DNA of 64,000 nt from an uncultured Verrucomicrobiae bacterium (GTDB lineage: Bacteria > Verrucomicrobiota > Verrucomicrobiia > Limisphaerales > Palsa-1400): NCBI GenBank assembly GCA_963702845.1, contig OY969763.1:5152001-5216000 (forward strand), written 5' to 3'. This document shows positions 29,068-39,517 of this stretch, piece by piece (the stretch's first letter is position 1; each line of letters opens with the position of its first letter). Under the pieces are notes generated by a model. It had not been told where the DNA came from, ran no database searches, and saw nothing but the letters and a program-made list of their open reading frames with translations. The position numbers and the translations under genes were made by a program.

Positions 29068-30381
29068 ATGAATGCTGATTTTTTGGCAGTTTTAGAGTTT
29101 TGGGAGCGCGAGAAGGGGATCAGCAGGGAGACTCTCGTTAAAGCAGTTGAAGAAGCTTTGGTTTCGGCTGCGAAAAAAGCTGTCGGGGCCGCACGTGATC
29201 TCCGGGTCGTTATTGATACTAAGTCCGGTGATATCAAGGCTTTCGCAAAGCTTATGGTCTCCGAGAAGGTCGTTTCCAAGCACGATCATATTACCGTTTT
29301 TGACGCTCGTCGCATTAAACCCGATGCCAAGCTGGGTGATGAAATTGAAGTAGAAGTCACTCCTGCCGGTTTTGGACGTATCGCTTCTCAATATGCCAAA
29401 CAGGCGCTGATGCAGCAGATTCGTCGCGCAGAGAAGCAGTTGATTCTCACTGAGTTCGAAGGACGTATTGGGGATATTATTAGTGGCACGGTTCGCCGGT
29501 TCGAACGTTCTGATGTCACAATTGATTTGGGTAAGTACGAGGCTCTTTTGCCGAACCGCGAACGTGTTCCGACCGAGGAATACCAAATTGGTGAACGCAT
29601 TCGCTGCCTCGTGAAGGCTGTGGAAACTGGCCCGCATGGACCGGAAATCATCCTGTCGCGTGCCGATCCGCAGTTTGTCATTAAGCTTTTCCAGTTGGAA
29701 GTTTCGGAAATCAACGATGGCACGATCGAGGTTAAGGGCATTGCGCGCGAACCTGGTTTCCGCACCAAGCTTGCTGTTTATACACGCGATCCTAAAGTTG
29801 ACCCGGTGGGCGCTTGCGTGGGTTTGCGCGGTCAACGGGTGAAGAATATTGTTCGCGAGCTGAACAATGAGAAGGTGGATATTATTAAGTGGGACGCGAA
29901 CGCGAAGACTTACATCGCGAACGCACTTTCGCCGGCGCAGCTGAAAGGATTCGAGGTTGATGAAGCGCGTAAGCGGGTGAAAATTAGTGTTGCGGAGGAT
30001 CAGTTGTCGCTCGCCATTGGTAAACGCGGGCAAAATGCCCGATTGACGTCTAAACTGACGGGCTGGCAGATTGATATCGAACCTGAAGCGGTTGTCCACG
30101 TTGGTTTCGAGGAACAAGTAGCGCATGCGGTAGAAGCTTTGGCCTCAGTGCCTGGGATTACCCGAGAAGCAGCAGATGTCCTCGTGCATCAAGGCCTGGC
30201 AACATTGGATGATTTGGCGAATGCCGAAGTTGGCGATTTGGAACAGATCGAACAAATCAAAGACCAGGCTGGAACGATTTTAGAAGCGGCGAAAGCTGAG
30301 TTAGCGCGTCGCAAGGTTCAACCTGCAGCTCCGGAAGCCGGAGCGGTGCCGGTTGAAACTGCAGATACAAATAATAGTTAG
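29068..30381 (+). CDS. nusA: Transcription termination/antitermination factor NusA
   Basis: FGRIASQYAKQ, S1 domain, AREPGFRTK, DPVGACVGLRGQR and LSLAIGKRGQNARL. Confidence 0.98.
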   Translation: MNADFLAVLEFWEREKGISRETLVKAVEEALVSAAKKAVGAARDLRVVIDTKSGDIKAFAKLMVSEKVVSKHDHITVFDARRIKPDAKLGDEIEVEVTPAGFGRIASQYAKQALMQQIRRAEKQLILTEFEGRIGDIISGTVRRFERSDVTIDLGKYEALLPNRERVPTEEYQIGERIRCLVKAVETGPHGPEIILSRADPQFVIKLFQLEVSEINDGTIEVKGIAREPGFRTKLAVYTRDPKVDPVGACVGLRGQRVKNIVRELNNEKVDIIKWDANAKTYIANALSPAQLKGFEVDEARKRVKISVAEDQLSLAIGKRGQNARLTSKLTGWQIDIEPEAVVHVGFEEQVAHAVEALASVPGITREAADVLVHQGLATLDDLANAEVGDLEQIEQIKDQAGTILEAAKAELARRKVQPAAPEAGAVPVETADTNNS

Positions 30382-30453
30382 TATGGATGTGGAGCGCATA
30401 ATGATTGCGTCTTAGTATGAAGACCGTGTTGCTCCACCGGCAGTTGAATATTT

Positions 30454-32993
30454 ATGCCCGTTCGCATTTACGACTTAGCAAAGAAACTTGGAATGGAAAG
30501 CAAAGCAGTGCTGGCCAAAGCCAAGGAACTGGGCATTACCACCGCCAAGGTGCCGTCGAGCTCGCTCGATAAGATCACCGCCGAATTTCTCGAAGAACAA
30601 CTCGCGCCAGCCAAACCTGTCGAAGCGGCCAAAGCGCCGGAGCCAGTTGTCGAACAAAAGATTCAAGTCATTCACGAAGCGCCTCCGCCGCCAGTTGCCC
30701 CTGAGCCTGTCGCACCTGCGCCAGCTCCGGTCCCTGAGCCTGTCGTCGAAGCGCCGCCTGCACCGATTTCAATTGCTCCCGCTGTGACCGCTCCGGCTCC
30801 AGTTGTCGAGCCGAAGCACGAGGTTAAGCCTGCGGAAGTGATCGCGCATGTTGTGGCGGAACCAGCCAAACCGGCTGCGCCTCCCGCTCCAGTTGAACCG
30901 CCGAAACCGGCCGCTCCACCACCGCCGCCGGCTGGTCCGAAGCTGGGTGATAAGGTCGGATTTATTCAATTGCCGCAACGTCCCGGCGTGCGCACACAGG
31001 ATCGTGGTCAGGAGCGCGGGCAACAACGTGGTGGTCAGCAGCAGCAACCGCAGCAGGGTGGAAGACAAGACTCCGGTTATCGCGGAGATATCCGCAGTGT
31101 TCGCCCTGGATCCGCTCCGTCGTCGCCGTCGTTTCCTGGTCAAAAGCTTCAAGGGAAACCAGGCCCCGCGCCGAAAGCTGGACCTTCTGTTCCGGCCAAT
31201 GCTCCGCTCATTACTTTCAAGCCGCCGATTATCGTGCGCGATCTGGCCGAGCGGGTGAACCGCAAGCCGTTTCAGATCATCGCTGATTTGATGGAGGCGG
31301 GTATTTTTGCGAACGTCAATCAATCGATTGATGAAGCAGTCGCACAGAAAGTTTGCGCCAAGTACGGTTTCCGTTTCGAAGTTGAAAAACGCGAACGCGG
31401 CGGCGGCATCGTTCACGCGCCGATCAAGAAGGTCGAAATCGACACCGAAGATAAGCCCGAGCAGATGAAGCCGCGTGCGCCGGTCGTGACCATCATGGGT
31501 CACGTCGACCACGGCAAAACTTCGTTGCTGGACGTTATTCGTAAATCGAACGTCGTGGCCGGTGAAGCGGGTGGTATCACCCAGCACATTGGGGCTTACA
31601 CAATTTCATTTCCGCATCCGGAACGTAAGAACGAGCTGCAACAAATCACGTTCCTCGACACGCCCGGTCACGCTGCGTTCAGCGCGATGCGCGCTCGTGG
31701 AGCCAACGTCACCGATATCGTCGTTCTCGTCGTGGCGGCGACTGACGGCGTTATGCCGCAGACTTTGGAAGCGCTGAGCCACGCGCAAGCGGCGAAGGTT
31801 CCGATTCTCGTTGCAGTCAACAAGATGGATCATCCGAACGCGAACGCGCTCAAAGTGCGTCAGCAACTTCAGGATAAAGGGCTCGTCCCTGATGAATGGG
31901 GTGGCGATACAATTTTCGTCGACGTTTCGGCGTTGACCAAACGGCGTCGACAAATTGCTGGAAATGATTCTGCTCCAGGCCGACTTGCTTGAACTGAAAG
32001 CAAATCCAGATCGTCTCGCCAGGGGTAACGTCATTGAATCCGGTCTCGAACCCGGTGGACCGACCGCGACGGTTCTCGTCCGCAAAGGAACGTTGCGCGT
32101 CGGCGATGTCGTTATTTCCGGCAGTATCTAGGGTAAGGTCCGCGCATTCATTAGCGAAGAAGGCAAGCGTCAGAAAGAAGCGGGTCCTTCCGTGGCGGTG
32201 AAAGTTCTCGGATTGAATGGCGTGCCGGAAGCCGGTGTGGAATTCAGCGTCATGGAAGATGAAAAGGCCGCGCGTGAGATGGGCCAACAATCGCGCCGAA
32301 GAAGCGCGCCGTGCCTGTCCAACCAGGAACGCACCGCAGTCACGCTCGAAAATATTTTTGAAACACTCGATTCGGCTTCAGGCCAAATCGCTGAAGGTCA
32401 TCGTCAAGGCCGACACGCAAGGCTCAGTTGAAGCGATTGTCGAAGCTTTGAAGAAAATCGAAGCGACCGAAGTCGCGCTGGAAATTATTCACAGCGCGGT
32501 GGGCACGATTACGGAATCAGACGTTCTGCTCGCGTCGGCGTCACATGGTATTATTCTTGGTTTCCACACGCGCATCGATGTCGGCGTCGCTGACCTCGCG
32601 AAGCGCGAAGGTGTGCAGATCAAACTTTACTCGATCATTTATGAATTGATCGACGAGGTGAAGAGCGCGATGGTGGGCTTGCTCGAACCGGTCATCAGAG
32701 AAACGGTCATTGGCTCAGCTGAAGTGCGTAAAGTTTTCGCGTTGAGCAAAGGCGGCAACATTGCTGGTTGCATGGTTGCTGGCGGTCGCATCGTGAAAGG
32801 CAAAGCCCGCGTCATGCGCCGCAAAAGTCTGGTTTATGAAGGCATCATCCAGTCATTGCGTCGCTTCCAGGACGAAGTCAACGAAGTGCGCGCCGGCATG
32901 GAATGCGGTATCCGCATCGATGGCTTTGGTGATTATCAACCCGGTGACGTGATCGAGTCTTACACCATCGAAAAAGTCGCGCCCAAGGTGTAA
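30454..32993 (+). CDS. infB: Translation initiation factor IF-2; several frameshifts (~31940, ~32290-32385) and an in-frame TAG (32129-32131), probably sequencing errors
   Basis: [11 protein letters not shown]-domain, Pro/Ala-rich linker, [39 protein letters not shown] and GMECGI. Confidence 0.95.
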
Positions 32994-33010
32994 GTTATTC
33001 TGAGGTAGTT

Positions 33011-33370
33011 ATGTCGATGCGATTGGAACGGGTTCGGGAATTGTTGAAACGGGAGCTTGGCGAAATTATCCGCCGCGAATTGCCAGTCGCCGACGCGGGA
33101 CTGATCAGCGTCAACGATGTGATCGTCGCCAGCGACCTCCATACCGCGACTGTGTTCGTCGGCATTTTTGGCAATGCGCAAACGCAAAAGCGCGGGATCG
33201 AGTTGCTTGAACAAAATCGCAAACGCATCCAAAGCATGGTCGCCAATGCCGTCATTTTGAAATACACGCCACAACTCCGTTTTGTGCTCGATGACTCAAT
33301 TGAGCGTGGCAACCGCGTTATGCAGATATTGGACGAACTCGAACAGAAAGAAGATTCGTCCCACTCATGA
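33011..33370 (+). CDS. rbfA: 30S ribosome-binding factor RbfA
   Basis: RLERVRELLKREL...DLHTATVF...LKYTPQLRFVLDDSIERG; position directly after infB. Confidence 0.96.
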   Translation: MSMRLERVRELLKRELGEIIRRELPVADAGLISVNDVIVASDLHTATVFVGIFGNAQTQKRGIELLEQNRKRIQSMVANAVILKYTPQLRFVLDDSIERGNRVMQILDELEQKEDSSHS

Positions 33371-34353
33371 AGGCCCAACCTCCGCAGATTCTCGAAAAGA
33401 TCATCGAACAAATTAAAGAAAGCCGCCGCCTTTGTGTCGTCGGTCATGTCCGGCCCGACGGCGATTGTATCGGCTCGCAGTTGGCCGTGACTCTGGCCCT
33501 GCGCGCGCTCGGCAAGAATGTTGTTTGCTGGAACCAGGACCCTGTTCCCGATAAATACGCTTTCCTTGATCCAGATAAGCTGGTCCAGGCTCCGCGACGC
33601 GGACAACAGTTCGATACGGTGATCGCAACGGATTGCGCGAGCTACGAACGGCTTGGTAAAACCGGCAAGGCGATTACGCAACGGAAGTTGCTCATCAACA
33701 TCGACCATCATTTGAGCAACACGCGTTACGGGGATATGAACTGGATTTCGGCGCGTGAAGCTTCCAGCGGTGAATTGATTTATCGGTTGCTGAAGGTTGC
33801 GGGTTGGAAAATTACGCCGCAGATCGCTGACTGTTTGTTTACGGCAGTTTCAACCGACACCGGTTCCTTCCAATATTCGACGACGAAGCCGGTGACCTAT
33901 CACACGGCCGGTGAGCTGGTGAAGCTCGGCGCGAATCTTGAACTGATTTGCGACGAGGTTTATCAGTCGTATCCCTTGTCGCGCGTGCGTTTGCTCAAGC
34001 ACGTTTACAATAACTTTCGCCTGACGGATGAAAATCAGATCGCTTATCTCTGGTTGAAACAAAAGGATTTCGCGCGCACGGGCGCCGATCGCAGCGACAC
34101 GGAAGGCTTGATCGATCATATCCGCGCGATTGCGCCGGTGGTCGTGGCCATTGTGTTTGAAGAGATCGAGCCGAACGTGACGCGCATCAGCCTGCGTTCG
34201 AAAGATACGAAGATCAACGTGAACGAGATCGCTGCTATCTTCGGTGGTGGTGGTCACTCCGCTGCTGCGGGCGCGCGCATTGTTGGTTCGTCGCTTTCCA
34301 CACAACGCCGCGTGATTGCGGCGGTGAAGAAGGCTTTGGACGCGAAGCGCTAG
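33367..34353 (+). CDS. nrnA: DHH/DHHA1 bifunctional oligoribonuclease/pAp phosphatase
   Basis: HVRPDGDCIGS, NIDHH, TDTGSF, SLRS and GGGGHSAAAG. Confidence 0.93.
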   Translation: MKAQPPQILEKIIEQIKESRRLCVVGHVRPDGDCIGSQLAVTLALRALGKNVVCWNQDPVPDKYAFLDPDKLVQAPRRGQQFDTVIATDCASYERLGKTGKAITQRKLLINIDHHLSNTRYGDMNWISAREASSGELIYRLLKVAGWKITPQIADCLFTAVSTDTGSFQYSTTKPVTYHTAGELVKLGANLELICDEVYQSYPLSRVRLLKHVYNNFRLTDENQIAYLWLKQKDFARTGADRSDTEGLIDHIRAIAPVVVAIVFEEIEPNVTRISLRSKDTKINVNEIAAIFGGGGHSAAAGARIVGSSLSTQRRVIAAVKKALDAKR

Positions 34354-35327
34354 AACAGCGCAATCAGTCCGATCGCGATTGCGATTATCCAAATCAGCAA
34401 CACGGCTGATTTTGGCGTGAGACCTCGGCGCACTAAGCGGTGTGAGAGGTGGTTGTTGTCCCCGATGTAAAATGGCTTGCCCGCACGCCAGCGGATTAGC
34501 ACTACCCAGCACAAATCGCCAAGCGGAACAGCCAAAACCAGTAATGGTTTGAACACGGCCCAGGTTTGCGGATGTTTGGCGGTGTAGAAGTGCGGCAGGA
34601 TGGCGAGGACGGCGAGCAGGAATCCGATCAAGTGGCTGCCGGCGTCGCCAAGGAAGACGGTCGCGCGGGGATAGTTGAAGGGCAAGAAACCAACCAATGC
34701 GCCCGCGCCGACGAAAGCAATCGTGGCGACAAGATACTGCCCCGACTTCGCTGCGATGAGTGCGAAAAACATCGCGGTGACGGCTCCGAGGCCTGCGCAG
34801 AGGCCGTTCATGTTGTCCATGAAGTTGAAGGCGTTCACCAAGGTGAGAATCCAGAGAATGGTGATGGCGTAACTAAAGAGGACGTTCGGCACGAACAACG
34901 TGATACGCACGCCACAGGCTGCGACGAATAACGCAACGAGAAGTTGGCCGCCGAATTTTGTCGCGGGCGGAAGTTCCATCCAGTCGTCCGCCAGACCGAG
35001 TAACAACATTCCGAGTGCTCCGCTGAAAATGCCGAGCAGTTGAACGGCGCGACGATTCAGGCCGTATTCGAAGAGGCTGACCGTGTCAGAATGATGCACC
35101 GCGAGTCCGACAACGATTCCCACCAGCAACGGAACTAATATGCCTGTGAACACGGCGAGGCCGCCTGCCAATGGAATGGGAGTGGCGTGGATCTTCCGGT
35201 GACCGGGATCATCAACCAGACCGAATCGCACACAACGGCGACGCCACAGTGGCATCGACAGAGCGGTAACAATCGTAGCGCCCATGGCGGCGATGAGATA
35301 AACGTTGATTGGAAATGGGATGGTCAC
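34350..35327 (-). CDS. MraY/WecA-family polyprenyl-phosphate HexNAc-1-phosphate transferase
   Basis: DDPGHRKIH...P.AGG, GLADD, NAFNFMDNMNGL, FLGDAGS and HLSHRL. Confidence 0.92.
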   Translation of the reverse strand: MTIPFPINVYLIAAMGATIVTALSMPLWRRRCVRFGLVDDPGHRKIHATPIPLAGGLAVFTGILVPLLVGIVVGLAVHHSDTVSLFEYGLNRRAVQLLGIFSGALGMLLLGLADDWMELPPATKFGGQLLVALFVAACGVRITLFVPNVLFSYAITILWILTLVNAFNFMDNMNGLCAGLGAVTAMFFALIAAKSGQYLVATIAFVGAGALVGFLPFNYPRATVFLGDAGSHLIGFLLAVLAILPHFYTAKHPQTWAVFKPLLVLAVPLGDLCWVVLIRWRAGKPFYIGDNNHLSHRLVRRGLTPKSAVLLIWIIAIAIGLIALF

Positions 35328-36481
35328 TGTTTTTTTGCCGACGAGAGTCGAACGTATAAATCGGCGATCTGTTTTACCATGTGTTCGACGGAAAAGTTTG
35401 CGGCAACGAATCGTTGGCCGCGAGTCCCGAAACGGTGGCGTAGCTGCGAATCATTGGCGAGTTGCACGAGGCGATTGGTCAACGTGGCCAAGTCGCCGGG
35501 CTTGATGAGGAAACCGGTTTCGTTGTCGATGCAGACTTCACGTGCGCCATCGCAATCGTAGGCGATTATAGGGCGCGCGGCGGCTAACGCTTGCGGCAAG
35601 GCGCGCGGCAAACCTTCGCGGCGCGATAGATGCACGAGCGCGTCCATGATGCCGACGTAACGCGGGATTTCGGCTGGAGGCACGAGGCCAGTGAAAATCA
35701 CGCGGTCAGCAAGTCCCAGAGCACCTGCCTTGGCTTGAAGACGTTCGCGCCACGCGCCGTCGCCGACGAACATGAGTTTGATGTTCGGGCAGCGCTTTAC
35801 CAATTCGGGACCGACATCGAGTAGATCGTCGTGGCCTTTGAGGGTGAACAGACGCGCGATTTTGCCGAGGACAAAGTCGGTTGGCTTAATTCCCAAACGG
35901 CTGCGCAAGCCTTCATCGGGTTTTGTATTGAGAAACGGTTCGAGAGGGAAGCCGCTGAAAATGCGGGTGTATTGCTCGCGGGTTCCGATGTCGGCCGCGA
36001 GATATTGTTCGGTCATCGCGTTGGCGACGGTGATGAAGTGGGTCGTGTGTCGCGCCGCAGATTTCTCGGCGGCTTTGAAAACAGCGTTTGCGACTGGTCC
36101 CTGGAAATCACCGAAGGACGGGCCATGAATGGTGTGGATGATTATCGGAACACTAGCGCGTTTGGCGGCGAGGCGACCGAGAACGCCGGCTTTGCCGCTG
36201 TGCGTGTGAACGATGTCTGGTTTGGTGCGCCGGAAAATTTTGGTGAGTTGAGCGCGCGCGATAAAGTCCTGCAACGGATGAACGGGGCGCACGAGAGACG
36301 GGACGATGTGCAGAAGGTTGGGCTGATTTTCGAAAGCGCTTTCGAGGGAGCCTTCGGGGCCAGTCGTTGGGCCGCTGATCAAATCGACGTCCGCGAATTT
36401 CGTTAGGCCAAGAACGGTCGCGATGGTGTTCTCCTGCGCGCCGCCGACGATCAATCGGGTGATGACATGCGTGACGCGCAT
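35324..36481 (-). CDS. Glycosyltransferase family 4
   Basis: RLIVGGAQEN, HTHSGKAG, KGHDDLL and REGLPRALPQA. Confidence 0.93.
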   Translation of the reverse strand: MRVTHVITRLIVGGAQENTIATVLGLTKFADVDLISGPTTGPEGSLESAFENQPNLLHIVPSLVRPVHPLQDFIARAQLTKIFRRTKPDIVHTHSGKAGVLGRLAAKRASVPIIIHTIHGPSFGDFQGPVANAVFKAAEKSAARHTTHFITVANAMTEQYLAADIGTREQYTRIFSGFPLEPFLNTKPDEGLRSRLGIKPTDFVLGKIARLFTLKGHDDLLDVGPELVKRCPNIKLMFVGDGAWRERLQAKAGALGLADRVIFTGLVPPAEIPRYVGIMDALVHLSRREGLPRALPQALAAARPIIAYDCDGAREVCIDNETGFLIKPGDLATLTNRLVQLANDSQLRHRFGTRGQRFVAANFSVEHMVKQIADLYVRLSSAKKQ

Positions 36482-36489
36482 TGTCCCGC

Positions 36490-39406
36490 TTAGGCGCCAC
36501 GCTCCAATTTTTGGAGGCGTTCGCGGACCTGCTTGGCTTCGTCGGAATTTTCCGGCGCGTATTTCAAATACTTTTTGAAACTGCGGATGGCACCGGAACG
36601 GTCATTGGTCTTGGAAGCGATTTCGCCCAAGCCGTAATAAACGGCGTAGCTGGGAGTCGGCAGAATTTTTTCCAGTTCTTTGTAATCGCTTTTCGCTGCG
36701 TCGTATTTTCCTGACTGCAACTTGGCGATAGCGCGATTCATCAGCGCGCGCGGGTTGTCGGATTGAAGCTGGATTGCTTTATCGAGGCTGGCGATAGCGG
36801 CGTCGTATGCGCCGAGCTGGATCTGGATTTCCGCTTTGCGCATCAACACGTCGGACGTGTCAGATTCGCTGGTGCGCGCGCGATCGGGCGCGGCGAGCCA
36901 GCGCAGTTGTTGATCGAACACAGCCATTGCATTGTTGAATTGGGTTTTGGCGTCTGTCGCGCGACCGGCACGCAGGTCGTTGTAGCCACGAACGCGGTAA
37001 AATTCGGCCAACATGCCCAATCGACTGCCGGTGCCGTTGTCGTTTTTGGCAGCGGCGGTTTTGAGCAAATCTTCCGCGCGCGCGTAGTCCTGCTTCGCCA
37101 TGTAGGCGAGGGCTTCGACGCGGGTGAGTTCATCGGCACGAGCACCGGTGGCGTGGGTCCGAGCCTCTTGCACCAGCTTTAACGCGTCATCTGCAACGTC
37201 CATGTCCACATACGTCTTGGCCAGGGCGACTTGCGTGTCGATGTCATGCGGACGAATGGCGAGCACCCGAAGAAACAGTTCGGCTGCCTGGCGCAGGTAA
37301 CCGCCGCTGGCAATCAGTTGGCCGAATTGCAAAGCGAGGTCAGGGTCGTCGGTCGGGCCATGGACCGTCAACAACCCTTGCCAGCCGTAGCGTTTGGATT
37401 CGTCGGAAAAATCTTCGCCAGTTTCAATCGACTTCGTCATGCCCGCGCGCAGGTTGGCATTGAAGTCCTGATTGATTCGCGCCATGATATTTTTTGGATT
37501 CATGTTCAGCGCGTAACTGAAAGCGGTGTGCGCTTCGTTGAGATGTTTCTGGCGTTCCAGAATAACCCCGAGGTAATTCGCGGCGCGCGACGTTTGTGCT
37601 GCGATGACGGAAGCGTCCTGGCTGTATTTAGCCAATCGCGGCAAGTTCGCCAGCGAGCTCCCGGCGATTTGATTCCATGCCTTTAAATTCGCGGCCACTT
37701 CAGCGTCGGTGAGCGTCGGCGGTAACAATGCGTGCGGCTCGAGAGCGACTAATTCTAAGACGAGGCCAGCGGGCTTGGCGTAGAAACGTTCGAAAAACGT
37801 GCCGAAGCTCGGCTCGAGGTAATAGATCGGTTTGCGGCAACGCTTGCAGAATTTGGATTTCGCCAAACGGACGGTAGACCTTCGGGATGGCTTTCGGATC
37901 GCGAATGATTTGGTTGAACTGCGGATAATGCGAAGCGAGATAGCGCACGTAATCGCCTACGGCTAGCGATCCGGTTTCTACGAAAACCGGGCCGGCGGAA
38001 TTATTGACCATGTGCCAACCGGCTTGCGCGAGCTGCAAGCGGCCGGCGTCGTCACCGAGAACAACCGCAGTATTCGCGGGCAGCGATTTCGCGGTGGTGG
38101 TCGCGAAGTCTTTGGCGACCGGAGCGCGCTCAGCCTGAATGTGTCGCCAATTGCCTTCGCGCAATTTGTAGGGCAGACCGAAAAGCAATCCAATCGACAG
38201 CGCGACCAAAGCGACCCAGGGCAGCGCGAAAATCAGGAGCTTCAATCCGCGTAGCGCGCCAGGGGTGTGTTCGCGCACTTTTGCGGGCGCTTGGCCAAAC
38301 ACGAGCAGGATGTAACCGGCGAAATATCCGACGCTCAACGCTGCCAAATAATAAAACGTCAGCATGCTGCTGAACGGGGCGAGTTGGCGCGGGCTGTATT
38401 TGAAATCGAAAAAGAACACGACCGCGAACCCAAAGAAGACAATGTGCACCAACCGAAACATGAGATTGGTGAACATGATTCCCGCCGCGCTGACTTCACC
38501 GTGGAACGATGGCCAACGGATGCCGACGAAGATCAAGGCCAGAACAGTCGGGATGGATAGAACAATGGCCGGAGAACGCGGCAAACCGAGCACGGCGTTT
38601 TTTTGTTGTGACCAATGCGCGTGCAATTGCGACCAGAACGTGCCGCCCGCGTAGGCGCTACTCGCGATCCACGCCATAATTAAATAGGGCAGCATGCCGA
38701 GCAGACCAAATGCAACGCTGCGGCCTAGAAAACGAAGGTTGAAGAAACTGACGCCTTTAATCCAAATCAGGGCGACGAGGAAAAACGGAAAGAAGCCGAT
38801 GAGCGCCCAGTTGTTTGTCATGCCCAGACCGTAAATGAATACAAATTTCGTGATCCACGAATCGTTTTGCGAGACGCGGTATTCGAGCAGACAGCGGATG
38901 AGATAGGCGAAGATGAGCAGGTCGAGCATTTCGCTCGTGGCCATGGTGGCATGTTCCCAGAAGGTCATTTGCAGCCCGAGCGCAAGAACGGCGAGAACCG
39001 GTGGCAACCATGCAAAGCGGTTTGATAACAGCGAGTCTTCACCGCCTTCGCGCTGGCGTTGTTCGCGCGTGCGATCGTGCGGCAGAAGGCAAATGGAACG
39101 AACCAACGTGGCCAGAGTCAGTGCGCCGAAAACGGCCGAGAGCAGGTTGAGCGCGATGGGCTGAGCGCTTTGCGGCAATAACCGAAACGGGTAGGTAATT
39201 GCGTAATAGAGCGGTGCGATGAATGTCGGTCGCCATGCGAGATGGGTGGGATGCCAATCCCAACCGGTGACCTTCGCGACCCACGGCAAACTAGTGAGGG
39301 TAACCCAGTGATTCAAAGTGACCGCATAGAGCACTAAAGCGAGTCCCGCGACGAGCCAGGGAGAGAGTCTAAGAGTGCGCTTTTTTGACGTTTCTTCAGT
39401 CGTCAT
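36490..39406 (-). CDS. DUF2723/TMEM260-like multi-pass membrane protein fused to TPR repeats; frameshift at ~37835
   Basis: LYAVTL...PLY...NLLSA...TFWEHA...YGLGMTNN follows the DUF2723 pattern over ~11 TM segments. The second ORF (36490-37866) is TPR-rich, and the two ORFs overlap in different frames. Confidence 0.78.
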
Positions 39407-39517
39407 CCAAGTATCAGGTTGCATTGATGCATTCACGATAAGCAAGCCAATCCGAAGCCAATCCGGTGTGGCCAGAGTTCGACAGGTTTGCGGGACTACC
39501 GTTCAAATTCGCACGGC

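Noticed and set aside
6653..32131. In-frame TAG codons in dprA and infB as stop-codon reassignment or pyrrolysine
   Set aside because: TAG terminates intact genes here (nusA, the NarL regulator, nrnA, the MFS gene). The infB TAG lies in an error-rich stretch.
30454..32993. infB as a true pseudogene or programmed frameshift
   Set aside because: It is an essential gene with several irregular indels clustered in ~450 nt and no slippery-site pattern. Sequencing error is more parsimonious.
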